In this document: piece by piece, positions 1 through 10,131 of the stretch
Numbering within the stretch: position 1 is the stretch's first letter
Layout: each line of letters begins with the position of its first letter
Assembly (NCBI GenBank): GCA_963733095.1
Contig: CAVTBV010000012.1
Span: 288,001-352,000 of the forward strand
Direction: 5' to 3'
DNA: 64,000 nt
From: Candidatus Bathyarchaeota archaeon
Lineage (GTDB): Archaea; Thermoproteota; Bathyarchaeia; Bathyarchaeales; Bathycorpusculaceae
The notes under the pieces: model-generated
The model's input: the letters and a program-made list of their open reading frames with translations, nothing else
Told to the model about the DNA's origin: nothing
The model's database searches: none
Made by a program: the position numbers and the translations under genes

Positions 1-924
1 AAAAAGGTTTTGGGCAACAGTTGCCAAGTTGGAGCGGCTACCCAGAGATTTGACAACGCCTGCTCGGTAGGAATTTTGGGTTTCGTCTGTGGCGAGGATA
101 CCTACTTTTTCGCCTTTAAGCCTGTATGATTCGGCTAATTCCTTGACTTTAGCTTTGACTGCTTGAACTTTTCCTTCGACAAGGATTACCTCGGCCTTGG
201 GCGCATAATGTTTATGCTTCATACCGGGCGACCGAATCTCCTTTAGCGACAACTCCTGTTCGGTTTCTACAAAGGCATGAAGTTTCAGGTCGTCGAGGAC
301 CTTTTTTAAAGCTTCAAATGGTGTACCCCCGGGGCGTAGAAGCATGGGAGGGTCAACGCTTAGGTCAACGACGGTGGATTCTACGCCTATGTTTGTTGAA
401 CCACCGTCGAGGATAGCGTCGATTCTGCCGTTTAGGTCTTCAAAAACGTGTTGGGCAGCGGTTGGGCTGGGTTTGCCTGCGAGGTTTGCACTTGGAGCCG
501 CGATGGGTCGACAGCTTTGCCTGATTAGCTCCAAGGCAACTTTGTGCTGTGGCATTCGGATAGCGATGGTTTCTAAACCTGCAACTGTGACATTTGGAAC
601 AATTTTTGAGTGCTTGAAAACCAAGGTTAATGGTCCGGGCCAAAACCTATCCATCAGCACCCGAGCCTTTGCAGAAACCTGTTCAACTAACCTGAAGACT
701 TCCGTGGGATCTGCAACATGGACAATTGGCGGATTATCCAAAGGACGCATCTTAGCCTCAAACAAAGCCAACACCGCCTCAGGGTTTAGTGCGTCAGCGC
801 CTAAACCATAAACCGTCTCGGTTGGAAATGCCACCAACCCGCCACGCTGAATAATTTCTGCTGTCGTCTGAATTTTTGTTGCATCTGGGTTTTCTGGGTC
901 AACTTTTAGACAAAGGGTTTTCAT
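1..924 (-). CDS. sua5: Threonylcarbamoyl-AMP synthase Sua5 (3' end runs off the window)
   Basis: Manual translation from ATG at 924: MKTLCLKVDPENPD...GGLVAFPTETVYGLGADA...KMRPLDNPPIVH, typical YrdC/Sua5 motifs. The start overlaps the GNAT stop (ATGA). Absent from the ORF track because it is truncated. Confidence 0.93.
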   Translation of the reverse strand, partial: MKTLCLKVDPENPDATKIQTTAEIIQRGGLVAFPTETVYGLGADALNPEAVLALFEAKMRPLDNPPIVHVADPTEVFRLVEQVSAKARVLMDRFWPGPLTLVFKHSKIVPNVTVAGLETIAIRMPQHKVALELIRQSCRPIAAPSANLAGKPSPTAAQHVFEDLNGRIDAILDGGSTNIGVESTVVDLSVDPPMLLRPGGTPFEALKKVLDDLKLHAFVETEQELSLKEIRSPGMKHKHYAPKAEVILVEGKVQAVKAKVKELAESYRLKGEKVGILATDETQNSYRAGVVKSLGSRSNLATVAQNLF

Positions 925-1415
925 TTGGGTTGCCTTTTAAGTTCAAGTACAATTGAGGTTTCAACCTGCCGCGAGGGAATATTCCAGTATTTCCTTAGCA
1001 GCTTATTTGTTTCTTGCCTCGAAAGCAACATAAACCCATGTTTTTCGTAGAATTTTATTGCCCATGGCGCGGTTTCCCATGTGCCAACCAGAATTCGTTC
1101 ATTTTTTGCTAAGGGTAGGAGGTGGGTTAGAAGTTTTTCTCCGATGCCCTTGCGCTGGTAACTTGTAAGGGTGTAGGCATGCCTGATAAGGGTAACGTCG
1201 TTGACGGGTTGGATTCCCATCACTGCAATCAAAAGGTTGTTTTCTGTGTAACCATAAAAGTGGACGCCACTATGGATTTCTTCTTTGAGTTCTTGGGGGG
1301 GCATGTAGGGTTCTTTCCATCTGTCTGCGGGAATTTTTCCTCTGTAGGCGATGGCGGCATCGTTAACTACCGTCAAGATAGCCTTGAAGTCATCGTCCGT
1401 TAGTTTGAGAATCAT
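921..1415 (-). CDS. GNAT family N-acetyltransferase
   Basis: Acetyl-CoA motif YQRKGIG and C-terminal AIKFYEKHGF. Confidence 0.88.
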   Translation of the reverse strand: MILKLTDDDFKAILTVVNDAAIAYRGKIPADRWKEPYMPPQELKEEIHSGVHFYGYTENNLLIAVMGIQPVNDVTLIRHAYTLTSYQRKGIGEKLLTHLLPLAKNERILVGTWETAPWAIKFYEKHGFMLLSRQETNKLLRKYWNIPSRQVETSIVLELKRQPK

Positions 1416-1437
1416 TTAGCGCCACTTGATGTTGATG

Positions 1438-1809
1438 TTAGATTGCTGTGGGCTCTTTTTGGCTCTCACTCTTAATCAACTTGTCAATCAAATGCATAAA
1501 GAACGCTTGAGCATGCATTTCATTAACCGTCTCGACGTAAACGGAGACCATGGCGATTTTGCCCTTCTTAGAGGCCACATACTCAGCGAACATTCGCGCA
1601 GAAATCATGTTCTTGTCGCCCAAAAGCACAGAGGAAGTAACTGAGCCTAAGAGGTCTTTGGGTTTTGGAACTGCAATTGCCAAGGTGCCTAGTTTGTCTT
1701 CTTTTTCGCTAAGCATAATCATGACAGAGTTTTTTGCTTCCACATATACTGCTAGAAAATTGATGCCTTGTTGTTCAACTTCTTCTTTTATGACTTTGGC
1801 ACGTTCCAC
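1438..1809 (-). CDS. Conserved archaeal hypothetical protein, possibly proteasome assembly chaperone-like
   Basis: 123 aa ORF co-oriented with GNAT and sua5. The LGTLAIAVP...SSVLLG pattern resembles PAC4-like proteins (weak). Confidence 0.55.
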   Translation of the reverse strand: MERAKVIKEEVEQQGINFLAVYVEAKNSVMIMLSEKEDKLGTLAIAVPKPKDLLGSVTSSVLLGDKNMISARMFAEYVASKKGKIAMVSVYVETVNEMHAQAFFMHLIDKLIKSESQKEPTAI

Positions 1810-1984
1810 TTGAACTTCGCCCCTATGTGTGCTTAGTGTTTTTGGTGCTTAAAAAGACTTCATAGCTGCCAACATCAAGCCAAATGATGAATTCACAATG
1901 TTTTCCCATTCATTCTATTTGGAAGCGATTTGGGACAATGCTTAAGGATGGATAAAACCATATTGTATAGGAAGGTTTGAGAGC

Positions 1985-3274
1985 ATGAGTAGCTCTAATT
2001 GGGTTAGGAAATTTTTGGTTCCAGCCTTCCTGATAGCGATTTTAGCAGTCTCCATGTTAGCTGTTTACATGTCAAGTTCTAAAACAAGCGCTGCCAAAAT
2101 TGACCCAAACGCCTACGTCGGTGTTGCTTTTGGAGGAAACACCACAGACGAAGCCGAAGCACTAATCGACAAAGTGCAGACTTACACGAACCTGTTTATC
2201 TTGGACGTTGGCAGAAACCCCATAAGTGAAAACCAATCCAAAGTTGAGGAGATCTGTGATTATGCGGTTGCTCGCAACTTAAGTGTGATTGTTAATGTGG
2301 GAATCAAAGACCAAAGCAACAGTTCTTCGTGGGGTTGGTTTTGGGATCAACCTTCACTTGACGCCATAAAGCAGCATTGGACCGATATGTGGGGAAACAA
2401 GTTCTTGGGTATCTACTACAACGATGAACCGGGCGGGGTTCAACTTGACGCTTCTTGGCGACGATTCTACGAATCCGTTGGAGACAACCTAACAAAAGTC
2501 GACTTCCCCGCTGCAAAATCGCTTGAGGAAATCCGCCTAAAACTGCTCGAGTACATCCAAAACGGAACCAGACCAACACCAGACGACTACGACTTAGAAG
2601 CCAACTTCTTCATACAACAAGTTATCATGGGAGACCCCGGAATCCAAAACCTCACCGCCGCAAACATCACGTCGTTCACCTCGGATTACGGCTTGTACTG
2701 GTGGGATTATATGGGCGGATACAACGTTATGCTTGCCGAGCTTGGCTGGAACGCCAGCGTAGCTGAGCAGATAGATTTAGTTAAAGGCGCAGCAAGGCTG
2801 CAGGATAAAGATTGGGGCACCATGATTACTTGGAAGTATGATACGCCACCATATCTTGACAGCGGAGAACAAATCTACAACCAAATGCTTGAGTCCTACC
2901 AGGCAGGAGCAAAATACATAGCCATATTCAACTACCCCTACAACGGAAGCGCCTATGGGACCCTGACCGATGACCAATTCAATGCGATGCAACAGTTTTG
3001 GAAAGACATAACGACCAAGTCATTTGAGGATTTTAGTGCCCCAGATGCCGCTTTGGTGTTGCCTAAAAACTTCGGTTGGGGGCTGCGTAACCCAAACGAT
3101 ACCATATGGGGCTTCTGGACAACCGACAACCGAACCTTACAAGTTGCCACAGTTACCAGCATGTTGCTAAGCTACTACGGCACCCAACTCGACATAGTAT
3201 ACAACGACCCCCTTTTCCCAACAGCTCATGCTGACTACCAACACATCTACTACTGGAACTCAACAGGTCCCTAA
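1985..3274 (+). CDS. Secreted or membrane-anchored hypothetical protein, possible glycoside-hydrolase-like TIM barrel
   Basis: N-terminal hydrophobic helix, Trp/Tyr-rich body, YYNDEPGG motif, several N-x-S/T sequons. Confidence 0.7.
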   Translation: MSSSNWVRKFLVPAFLIAILAVSMLAVYMSSSKTSAAKIDPNAYVGVAFGGNTTDEAEALIDKVQTYTNLFILDVGRNPISENQSKVEEICDYAVARNLSVIVNVGIKDQSNSSSWGWFWDQPSLDAIKQHWTDMWGNKFLGIYYNDEPGGVQLDASWRRFYESVGDNLTKVDFPAAKSLEEIRLKLLEYIQNGTRPTPDDYDLEANFFIQQVIMGDPGIQNLTAANITSFTSDYGLYWWDYMGGYNVMLAELGWNASVAEQIDLVKGAARLQDKDWGTMITWKYDTPPYLDSGEQIYNQMLESYQAGAKYIAIFNYPYNGSAYGTLTDDQFNAMQQFWKDITTKSFEDFSAPDAALVLPKNFGWGLRNPNDTIWGFWTTDNRTLQVATVTSMLLSYYGTQLDIVYNDPLFPTAHADYQHIYYWNSTGP

Positions 3275-3385
3275 GCAACCCTAACCATTTTGCAACTTAG
3301 TGCTGCTGATTATGATGGCGGATTCCACAGCCTGAATGCAACCTTAAATAAACTTACAATAAATCAACACAAGCAGGATAATCTG

Positions 3386-3424
3386 TTGGTTGTTGTATAG
3401 GGAGCTTTCGGCTACAACTACCAA
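3386..3424. repeat. Imperfect inverted repeat (12-bp arms, 15-nt spacer)
   Basis: TTGGTTGTTGTA at 3386-3397 and TACAACTACCAA at 3413-3424, one mismatch, intergenic. Confidence 0.6.
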
Positions 3425-3500
3425 AGAAAAATACCATTGTTTTGGCTTGGAAATGCTTAATTAAGAGCTTATCTTATTGCTGGTACGGAAGGTATAAAAT

Positions 3501-3875
3501 TTGAGTGACGATATTTCAAAGTTACCGCCTAACGTTCAAGAAAGGCTCTTAAGGCTCCAACAGCTTCAGCAGACTCTGCAGTCGATTTTGGCGCAAAAAC
3601 AGCAGGTTGAAATGGAGAAAACCGAAGTTGACCAAACAATCGCTGAACTGCAGAAAACCGCTGACGACGCAGTCATCTACAAGGCAATAGGCTCCTTGCT
3701 GGTTAAGGCAGAAAAAGCCAAAGTTAACGAGGAACTAGCAGAGCGCAAATCACTACTAGACACCCGAGGCACTGTTATGGCAAGACAAGAAGAGCGCATA
3801 CGCAGCCAAGTTAAAGAAGCGCAAACCAAGCTACAAGAAGACCTAAGCCCCGTCTCTGGTCAACCCCTATCATAG
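3501..3875 (+). CDS. pfdB: Prefoldin beta subunit
   Basis: LPPNVQERLLRLQQLQQ coiled coil and IYKAIGSLLVK beta-hairpin; TTG start. Confidence 0.93.
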   Translation: MSDDISKLPPNVQERLLRLQQLQQTLQSILAQKQQVEMEKTEVDQTIAELQKTADDAVIYKAIGSLLVKAEKAKVNEELAERKSLLDTRGTVMARQEERIRSQVKEAQTKLQEDLSPVSGQPLS

Positions 3876-3881
3876 AGGTGA

Positions 3882-4175
3882 ATGCTTGTGGTTGAGCTCG
3901 GATTTCCAGAGCTAACCACCGAGCAAATCGAACTTTTATGTCAAACAGCCGAAGCAGCCGCCAGAAAATATGTGTTATCCAAGGTTTCCCAAAAAAATGT
4001 TGACCATTTAGACATTAGCGTGGAAGCCGACGGATCCAAACCCGTAAACGTAACAGTTGAAATCAACCTTATCTTAGCCTCCCAAACAAAAGACGTTGAC
4101 GCCGATACATTGGTTAAGGAAGCTGTTGATGTTGCACATAAAGCAATTGAAAACTTTTTGAGAAAGATAAAATGA
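3882..4175 (+). CDS. DUF3194 family protein
   Basis: Small acidic archaeal protein directly after pfdB, which is the usual position for this family. Confidence 0.75.
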   Translation: MLVVELGFPELTTEQIELLCQTAEAAARKYVLSKVSQKNVDHLDISVEADGSKPVNVTVEINLILASQTKDVDADTLVKEAVDVAHKAIENFLRKIK

Positions 4176-5167
4176 GCTTCAAAGAACTAATACAGGCTTT
4201 AGAGCAGCATCAGGCATCGTTTGTTCTACTTCTTTGTCATCGAAGTGCAGATGCTGATGCGATTTGTTCAGCTTATGCGTTACAGGGATTGTTGAAGCGG
4301 TTTTTGCCGGATGTGGTTGTTGAGATTGGGTGTCCGCAGGGTGTTAACAAACCGGCTAAGCAACTGTTTGAACACTTGCCCATAACCGTGAACCTTAAAC
4401 CCAACATCGACTCGGCAGAGGTCATCGTTCTCCTAGATATGAACACCGTTGAGCAGCTTGATGAAGTTGCGGATATTATAAAAAAGTCGCCTGCTCCAAA
4501 AATAATCATCGACCACCACGCACCAAGCCCAGAAACCATGCAAATCTGCAAAGTCTGCATGGTGGATGAGAAGGCAGCTGCAAACTGCGAATTGATCTAT
4601 CGGCTATTCAGTCAAGCCGGAGTTGAACCTAACCTCAACGAAGCAAAAGCGTTGTTTGTCGGCATCGCATTTGATACACGTCATTTTGCGTTAGCTAATT
4701 CGCCGACATTTGAGATTCTTGCCAAATTGGTTGCAACGGGGATAGATCCCCAACCAACGTTGGCGTTGTTTGCCATGCCCATCGACCCTTCAGAGCGTAT
4801 GGCTAAGTTGAAGGCTTGCAAGAGAGCAAAAATCGTAAAGGTTGAAGGGTGGATTATTGCGCTTTCGCATGTAAGTGCCTACCAGGCGCCTGCTGCCAAA
4901 TCCTTGGTGGATTTGGGTGCGCATATGTCGGCAGTTGCAGGCAAAAAAAACGGAAAAGTTGAGTTGAGCCTGCGTTGTACGCGTCAGTTTAATGAGCTGG
5001 CAGGTGTCCATTTGGGAGTGGATATTGCTGCGCCGCTGGGGGAGTTCTTGGGCGGTGTGGGCGGAGGCCACGCAATGGCTTCGGGCGTGAGCGGCAAAGG
5101 TGAGATCAATGATGCCCTCAAACAATGCCTCGTGCTTCTGAAACAGAAAATAGCCAAAAATGCGTAG
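4172..5167 (+). CDS. DHH family phosphoesterase with DHHA1 domain
   Basis: HRSADADA, LLD, IIDHH and GGGH motifs. Confidence 0.9.
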   Translation: MSFKELIQALEQHQASFVLLLCHRSADADAICSAYALQGLLKRFLPDVVVEIGCPQGVNKPAKQLFEHLPITVNLKPNIDSAEVIVLLDMNTVEQLDEVADIIKKSPAPKIIIDHHAPSPETMQICKVCMVDEKAAANCELIYRLFSQAGVEPNLNEAKALFVGIAFDTRHFALANSPTFEILAKLVATGIDPQPTLALFAMPIDPSERMAKLKACKRAKIVKVEGWIIALSHVSAYQAPAAKSLVDLGAHMSAVAGKKNGKVELSLRCTRQFNELAGVHLGVDIAAPLGEFLGGVGGGHAMASGVSGKGEINDALKQCLVLLKQKIAKNA

Positions 5168-5216
5168 CTACGCTTAAATGAACAAACTCTAACGCTTAAG
5201 ATAGCAGGCATAAAAA

Positions 5217-6068
5217 ATGGCCATAATTGAAACAAAAAACCTCACCTACTCCTATCCGGGAGCGCCGAAACCGTCGATTGTGGATGTGTCGATTAAGGTG
5301 GAGAAGGGCGAGTTTGTTTTAATTACAGGTCCAAGCGGCTGCGGAAAAACAACGTTGTGCCGAACCTTTAATGGGCTCGTGCCGCATTTTTATCAGGGCG
5401 AGTTAAAAGGCGAAATCTCCGTTGCCGGAATCGATACGCTCACTCATCACACTTACGAAATGGCAAAACACGTCGGTCTAGTATTCCAGAACCCCGAAAA
5501 CCAACTCTTCGCACTATCCATCGAAAAAGACGTCGCGTTCGGCTTGGAAAACGTTGGCGTGCCTAGAGAAGAAATGCGCAGAAAAGTCGATTGGGCACTA
5601 AACCAAACAGGCATCTATGACATACGCGAGCGTTCACCCCACGAAATCTCGGGAGGACAGCAGCAGCGCGTAGCAATTGCATCTGTGCTAGCAATGGAGC
5701 CTGACGTTATCGTACTAGATGAGCCAACTTCTTTTCTTGATCCCCTGAGTGCCGAGAAAATTTTTGAAGTCATCCACAAATTAAACAAGGAACAAGGAAT
5801 CACCGTCATTCTTGTAGAGCACCGTTTGGACCTAACAGCCAAGTACGCTAACCACCTTATTGTTATGGAAGAAGGAAAAGTCCGTTTCGAAGGCGACCCA
5901 CGACAAATCCTCAGCAGTGAAGAAACACGCTTAATCGGTGTGGGAATCCCAAAAGCCACGCTACTGTACCAGATGCTCAAAAAAGAAGGCTTAAGTCTGG
6001 GAGACAAAACGCCGCTGTCTTCTGAGGAATTAGCGGATCAACTGTTGGAGGCACTTAAGCCGCAATGA
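5217..6068 (+). CDS. ecfA1: ECF transporter ATPase (EcfA1/CbiO)
   Basis: GPSGCGKT Walker A, FQNPENQ, ISGGQQQR signature, LDEP. Confidence 0.9.
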   Translation: MAIIETKNLTYSYPGAPKPSIVDVSIKVEKGEFVLITGPSGCGKTTLCRTFNGLVPHFYQGELKGEISVAGIDTLTHHTYEMAKHVGLVFQNPENQLFALSIEKDVAFGLENVGVPREEMRRKVDWALNQTGIYDIRERSPHEISGGQQQRVAIASVLAMEPDVIVLDEPTSFLDPLSAEKIFEVIHKLNKEQGITVILVEHRLDLTAKYANHLIVMEEGKVRFEGDPRQILSSEETRLIGVGIPKATLLYQMLKKEGLSLGDKTPLSSEELADQLLEALKPQ

Positions 6069-6886
6069 TTGAAGCCCAAGACATACGCTACGCCTACTCC
6101 AACAAAGTTGAAGCCCTAAAAGGTGTCTCATTAACCATAAAAGACGGCGAATTCGTTGCCATAATGGGACAGAACGGCGCAGGAAAATCCACCCTCGTCA
6201 AACACTTCAATGGGCTCCTAAAACCCTCACAAGGCAAAGTCCTCGTTGACGGCGTAGAAACCACAAAGTCAAGCGTAGCAGCCCTGTCCCGAAACGTCGG
6301 CTTCGTCTTCCAGAACCCCGACCACCAACTCTTCAGCGAAACCGTCGAAGAAGAAATCGGGTTTGCCCTCAAAAACTTCGGTTTCACCCCAGAAGTCATC
6401 GAGCAGCGAGTCGTTTGGGCATTGAACCTTCTATCGCTAACACAGTACCGTAAAACATCCCCTTTCCTGCTTAGCGGCGGAGAACGTAAACGTGTGGCAT
6501 TGGCTTCTGTTCTGGCTTGGGATCCGCAAATGTTGGTTCTGGATGAACCTACCATCGGGCAGGACCATGAGCAGAAAGAGAAGTTGCGCCAATTCATTTT
6601 GCAGATGCAAACCCAGAAAAAAACAGTGGTAACCGTCACCCATGATGTGGAGTTTGTGGCGGAATGCAATCCCCGAGTCATATTAATGAAGGAAGGAAAA
6701 ATCGTTGCCGACGGGGAAGGAAAAAAAATCCTCACCGACCCCGCGCTACTGGAGTTGTCATCTATTGTTCTTCCGCAAATCGCGCAGGTCTTCACGAAGC
6801 TGTCGTCTTTGGGTTTCCCAAAAGATGTCATTGACATTTACGAAGCCAAACAAATCATCTTAAAATCAAAGGAGAGACAGGTCTGA
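6065..6886 (+). CDS. ecfA2: ECF transporter ATPase (EcfA2/CbiO)
   Basis: GQNGAGKS, FQNPDHQ, LSGGERKR, LDEP. Confidence 0.9.
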   Translation: MIEAQDIRYAYSNKVEALKGVSLTIKDGEFVAIMGQNGAGKSTLVKHFNGLLKPSQGKVLVDGVETTKSSVAALSRNVGFVFQNPDHQLFSETVEEEIGFALKNFGFTPEVIEQRVVWALNLLSLTQYRKTSPFLLSGGERKRVALASVLAWDPQMLVLDEPTIGQDHEQKEKLRQFILQMQTQKKTVVTVTHDVEFVAECNPRVILMKEGKIVADGEGKKILTDPALLELSSIVLPQIAQVFTKLSSLGFPKDVIDIYEAKQIILKSKERQV

Positions 6887-6887
6887 A

Positions 6888-7676
6888 ATGAGCGTTTTTG
6901 ACGGCTTAAGGTTCAGAAAAGTCTCCTCGCCCATCCACAACTTAGACCCTAGAATAAAATTCGTCTATGTTATAGCCATCTTTGTGGCGGCGATCATTTT
7001 TTCTCAGATTATTCCATTGCTGATTTTGTTCTTCATGCAGGTTCCCTTTGTTCTGTTGGCACGTGTTCAACGGCAGTGGCTGCGGTCGTTGCGTGGAGCG
7101 GCGTTTTTGGCGTTCTTTATTTTCGTGGTTAACGTGGGAACGACCTTTTTCACTTCAGGCTACCACATATATGCTTTCAACATTGAAAATGCGGCGGCGA
7201 TGACTCTGAGGTTTGTCGTGCTTGTCGAATCGTTCTCGGTTTTCTTCTTAACCACTTCACCCGACCACTTAGGCTTAGCCCTAGAGGAATCACGCGTTCC
7301 ATACGAATTCGCCTTCGCATTCACAACCGCCGTCAGATTTGTCCCCGTTCTCGCCGAGGAAGCCCAAACAATCATGGATGCCCAAAAAGCCCGAGGATTG
7401 GAACTAGAAAAGGGCGGCTTGCTCAAACGAATCAGAAACTATGTGCCCGTGCTTATCCCGTTGATTGTCAGCGCCATACGGAGAAGCCTTGAGTTGGCTG
7501 AGGCAATGGAATCCCGGGCTTGGGGTGCAACAAAAAAACGCACCAACCTCTATTTGCTCAAACTACACAGAGGAGACTACGGTTTAGTTGCAATTACCGT
7601 CGGAATATTAATTGTTTCCATTTACATCCGCTTGTTCTTTTTTAGTTTCATTCCAACCATAGCAAGTTTGCTTTAG
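6888..7676 (+). CDS. ecfT: ECF transporter transmembrane T component
   Basis: LDPRIK N-terminal motif, AQKARG and AMESRA coupling-helix motifs, several TM helices. Confidence 0.9.
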   Translation: MSVFDGLRFRKVSSPIHNLDPRIKFVYVIAIFVAAIIFSQIIPLLILFFMQVPFVLLARVQRQWLRSLRGAAFLAFFIFVVNVGTTFFTSGYHIYAFNIENAAAMTLRFVVLVESFSVFFLTTSPDHLGLALEESRVPYEFAFAFTTAVRFVPVLAEEAQTIMDAQKARGLELEKGGLLKRIRNYVPVLIPLIVSAIRRSLELAEAMESRAWGATKKRTNLYLLKLHRGDYGLVAITVGILIVSIYIRLFFFSFIPTIASLL

Positions 7677-7758
7677 AAATGACCGCTCAGAGTACAATCA
7701 AAGCACTGCAACTTTTAAAAGAGAAAACAACCAGAAACTAACAAGCAGAGAAAATCAA

Positions 7759-8640
7759 ATGTCTGAGCACACCCGTTTTGGTCCAGCAGGCGTTCCGCCA
7801 ATGTTTAGGTTAATGGGCGCAACCACATCTGACGTCCCCAAGCTCTTGCATGAAGAGGGACTGGATGCTTTTGAATACCAAGCCTCAAGGTGGGGACCAA
7901 AACCACAAATAAACCCCGATGACGCCAGAAAACTGGGTGAAGAAGCCAGAAAAAACGACGTTAAACTCAGCATGCATGGTTCCTATTTTGTTAATTTGTC
8001 CGGCAAGAAAGAGGTTGTGGAAGCAAGCAAACGTCGCTTAATAGCCTGCGCAACCGCCGCGGATTGGATGGGCGCGTACGTCGTGGTTTTCCACACAGGC
8101 TTCTATGGAAAATTCGAAAAAGACTACGCATTCAAAACCTGTCTAACTGCCCTAAAAGAACTTAGAACAGAAATGAAAAGGTTGGACTTAAAGGTGAAGC
8201 TTGGACCAGAAACGATGGGTAGAAAATTCCAAGTCGGCACCCTAGAAGAAATCCTCAAAATAAATCAAGAAGTTGAAGGCACACAACTCGTCATTGATTG
8301 GGGACATCTCCATGCCCTGCACTTGGGAACACTAAAAAAAGTGGAAGATTTCCGGGCAATAGCCGAGAAAGTTGAGCAAGAACTCGGAACTGATGCCCTC
8401 AAAAACATGCATTGTCATTTCTCAAAAATCGAGTTCAGCAGTCAAGGGGAAAAGCGTCACCACACTCTCGACGAAGAAAGGTATGGACCAGAATTCCACA
8501 TGCTAGCCGAGGTGATCGTGGATTTTGGGTTGCATCCGACGATGATTTGTGAGTCACCAATCCTTGATGTTGATGCAAGAAAGATGAAAGCTACACTCAA
8601 CGAGGTTTTGGAAAGCAAGCAACAGAACCCTCAATCATAG
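7759..8640 (+). CDS. nfo: Archaeal endonuclease IV (AP endonuclease 2 family TIM barrel)
   Basis: RFGPAG, HGSYFVNL, VFHTG, GPETMG, IDWGHLHA, HCHFS and ICESP metal-binding motifs. Confidence 0.85.
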   Translation: MSEHTRFGPAGVPPMFRLMGATTSDVPKLLHEEGLDAFEYQASRWGPKPQINPDDARKLGEEARKNDVKLSMHGSYFVNLSGKKEVVEASKRRLIACATAADWMGAYVVVFHTGFYGKFEKDYAFKTCLTALKELRTEMKRLDLKVKLGPETMGRKFQVGTLEEILKINQEVEGTQLVIDWGHLHALHLGTLKKVEDFRAIAEKVEQELGTDALKNMHCHFSKIEFSSQGEKRHHTLDEERYGPEFHMLAEVIVDFGLHPTMICESPILDVDARKMKATLNEVLESKQQNPQS

Positions 8641-8742
8641 CTGCCAATGGCCTATTTGGATTCTAATAGGGGTCTACGTTGAAACATTTAGAGGAGGTCA
8701 GTATTGACAAAATGGTTCGATTGGCAAATTGAAAGTTGATAT

Positions 8743-9351
8743 TCATTTTTGAGATAACAATCTTTCCGCAAGCTGGAGTTCTGACACCGTGTTTATGTTC
8801 ACGGCCAATTCCTCGTTGTTCATGAGGAATATGTCTTGGTCGAGCCATTCGTCACCATACCGTTTGTGTCCGTCGATAACGTTGATCCCTACTGGAACGA
8901 CGTCTTTGTTGTCGGCTTTGAATGAGTATTCGATACACATACCCAACTTTGCTTTGGTTTCAAGCGGAACCGCAACGGTTAGGGCAGGTTTGCCGCATTG
9001 CTCGTAACGTTCCACGACGGCATCTATCATTTTGCCCGTCACCAAGGGTAAGTCAGCTGCGACCGCTAAGAAAACGCCTAGCTTGAGCGTTTGAACGGCG
9101 TAGCCCATGTCGGAAACATAGTCTTTGCCCGGAGTTTCAAGATATTTGACCCTGAGATGTTTCATGAGTTGGGTTGTATTGGGTGTACAACTGGATGTTG
9201 CAACGATTACTGAATCGATTTTTTTGGCTTGCTTGAGCGCAGCGAGCACGTATTCAATGACGTGTTTGCCGCAAACCTTTATGAGCGGTTTTTCCTCGGC
9301 GATTTTCATGCGAGTTCCTTTGCCGCCAGCCATAACAAGCGCAACTATCAT
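8743..9351 (-). CDS. cobY: Adenosylcobinamide-phosphate guanylyltransferase CobY (copy 1)
   Basis: MAGGKGTRM...EKPL NTP-transferase motif, PVGIN, NINT. Start placed at the ATG at 9351, overlapping the cobS stop. Confidence 0.85.
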   Translation of the reverse strand: MIVALVMAGGKGTRMKIAEEKPLIKVCGKHVIEYVLAALKQAKKIDSVIVATSSCTPNTTQLMKHLRVKYLETPGKDYVSDMGYAVQTLKLGVFLAVAADLPLVTGKMIDAVVERYEQCGKPALTVAVPLETKAKLGMCIEYSFKADNKDVVPVGINVIDGHKRYGDEWLDQDIFLMNNEELAVNINTVSELQLAERLLSQK

Positions 9352-10124
9352 CAAATCACCGCCAACAAAACAATAACACAAACCATCCGCGTCAACTCGT
9401 TAGTAGCACCAAAAACGTCCCCTGTAACTCCGTTGAAGTGCTTGTGGGCAACCCCAACCATAACTAAACCAGTTATTACTGCTGATAGAATGGTAAAGAC
9501 ACCTGCCCAACCCAGCAGTGGAAAAGCAATCAACACTGAAAGCACCAACGCTAAAACCAAACGCATTTTACCTATACTTCCATGCATAGCTTCAAGAAAC
9601 GATGAGTTCATGCCTTGATGGACGGATTTGCCTGCCCAAGCAGCTACCACCATTGACAGCTTTGCACACAACTCAACAACAATTAAAGCGGGAAAAATCA
9701 GGGGAACCGCGAAATTCAAAATAAATATGTGCCTTCCGAGTTCAGCGAAAGCAAACGCCGTAATTAGGTAAGTCATTACGGATAAGCCGATGGCTCCTGC
9801 ACCCGTTAACTGGTCATGCATGACCTCAATTTTATGTTCAGATGATCCATGCACCATGACGCCGTCACCGAAATCCAAAAGCCCGTCTGTATGATGTAGC
9901 CCAGTCATTAACAATAACAGAGCCAAAGCCAAAGCGCCGACCACAAGACCTGGCAAAAACTCAAGAACCACCCAGCTGAACGAACCTGCCAACAAACCGA
10001 GAAAAGCGCCGAGTAATGGGAAAGCCCACATGTTTCGGGCGCAGTCAGTAAGCAGGTCTTTGTCCATAGCAACTGGAAAAACGGTTAAGAAGGATAGGAG
10101 GTTCTTTAGTTCTTTAACAGCCAA
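9351..10124 (-). CDS. cobS: Cobamide synthase CobS (copy 1, canonical)
   Basis: GLHHTDGLLDFGDG, VMHD..G and GVTGDVFGATNE motifs; polytopic membrane protein. Confidence 0.92.
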   Translation of the reverse strand: MAVKELKNLLSFLTVFPVAMDKDLLTDCARNMWAFPLLGAFLGLLAGSFSWVVLEFLPGLVVGALALALLLLMTGLHHTDGLLDFGDGVMVHGSSEHKIEVMHDQLTGAGAIGLSVMTYLITAFAFAELGRHIFILNFAVPLIFPALIVVELCAKLSMVVAAWAGKSVHQGMNSSFLEAMHGSIGKMRLVLALVLSVLIAFPLLGWAGVFTILSAVITGLVMVGVAHKHFNGVTGDVFGATNELTRMVCVIVLLAVI

Positions 10125-10131
10125 GCGCGTG

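Noticed and set aside
344-811. 155-aa plus-strand ORF, and the many similar antisense ORFs such as 6094-6837, 15555-16184 and 33139-33735
   Set aside because: Shadow ORFs opposite well-supported genes.
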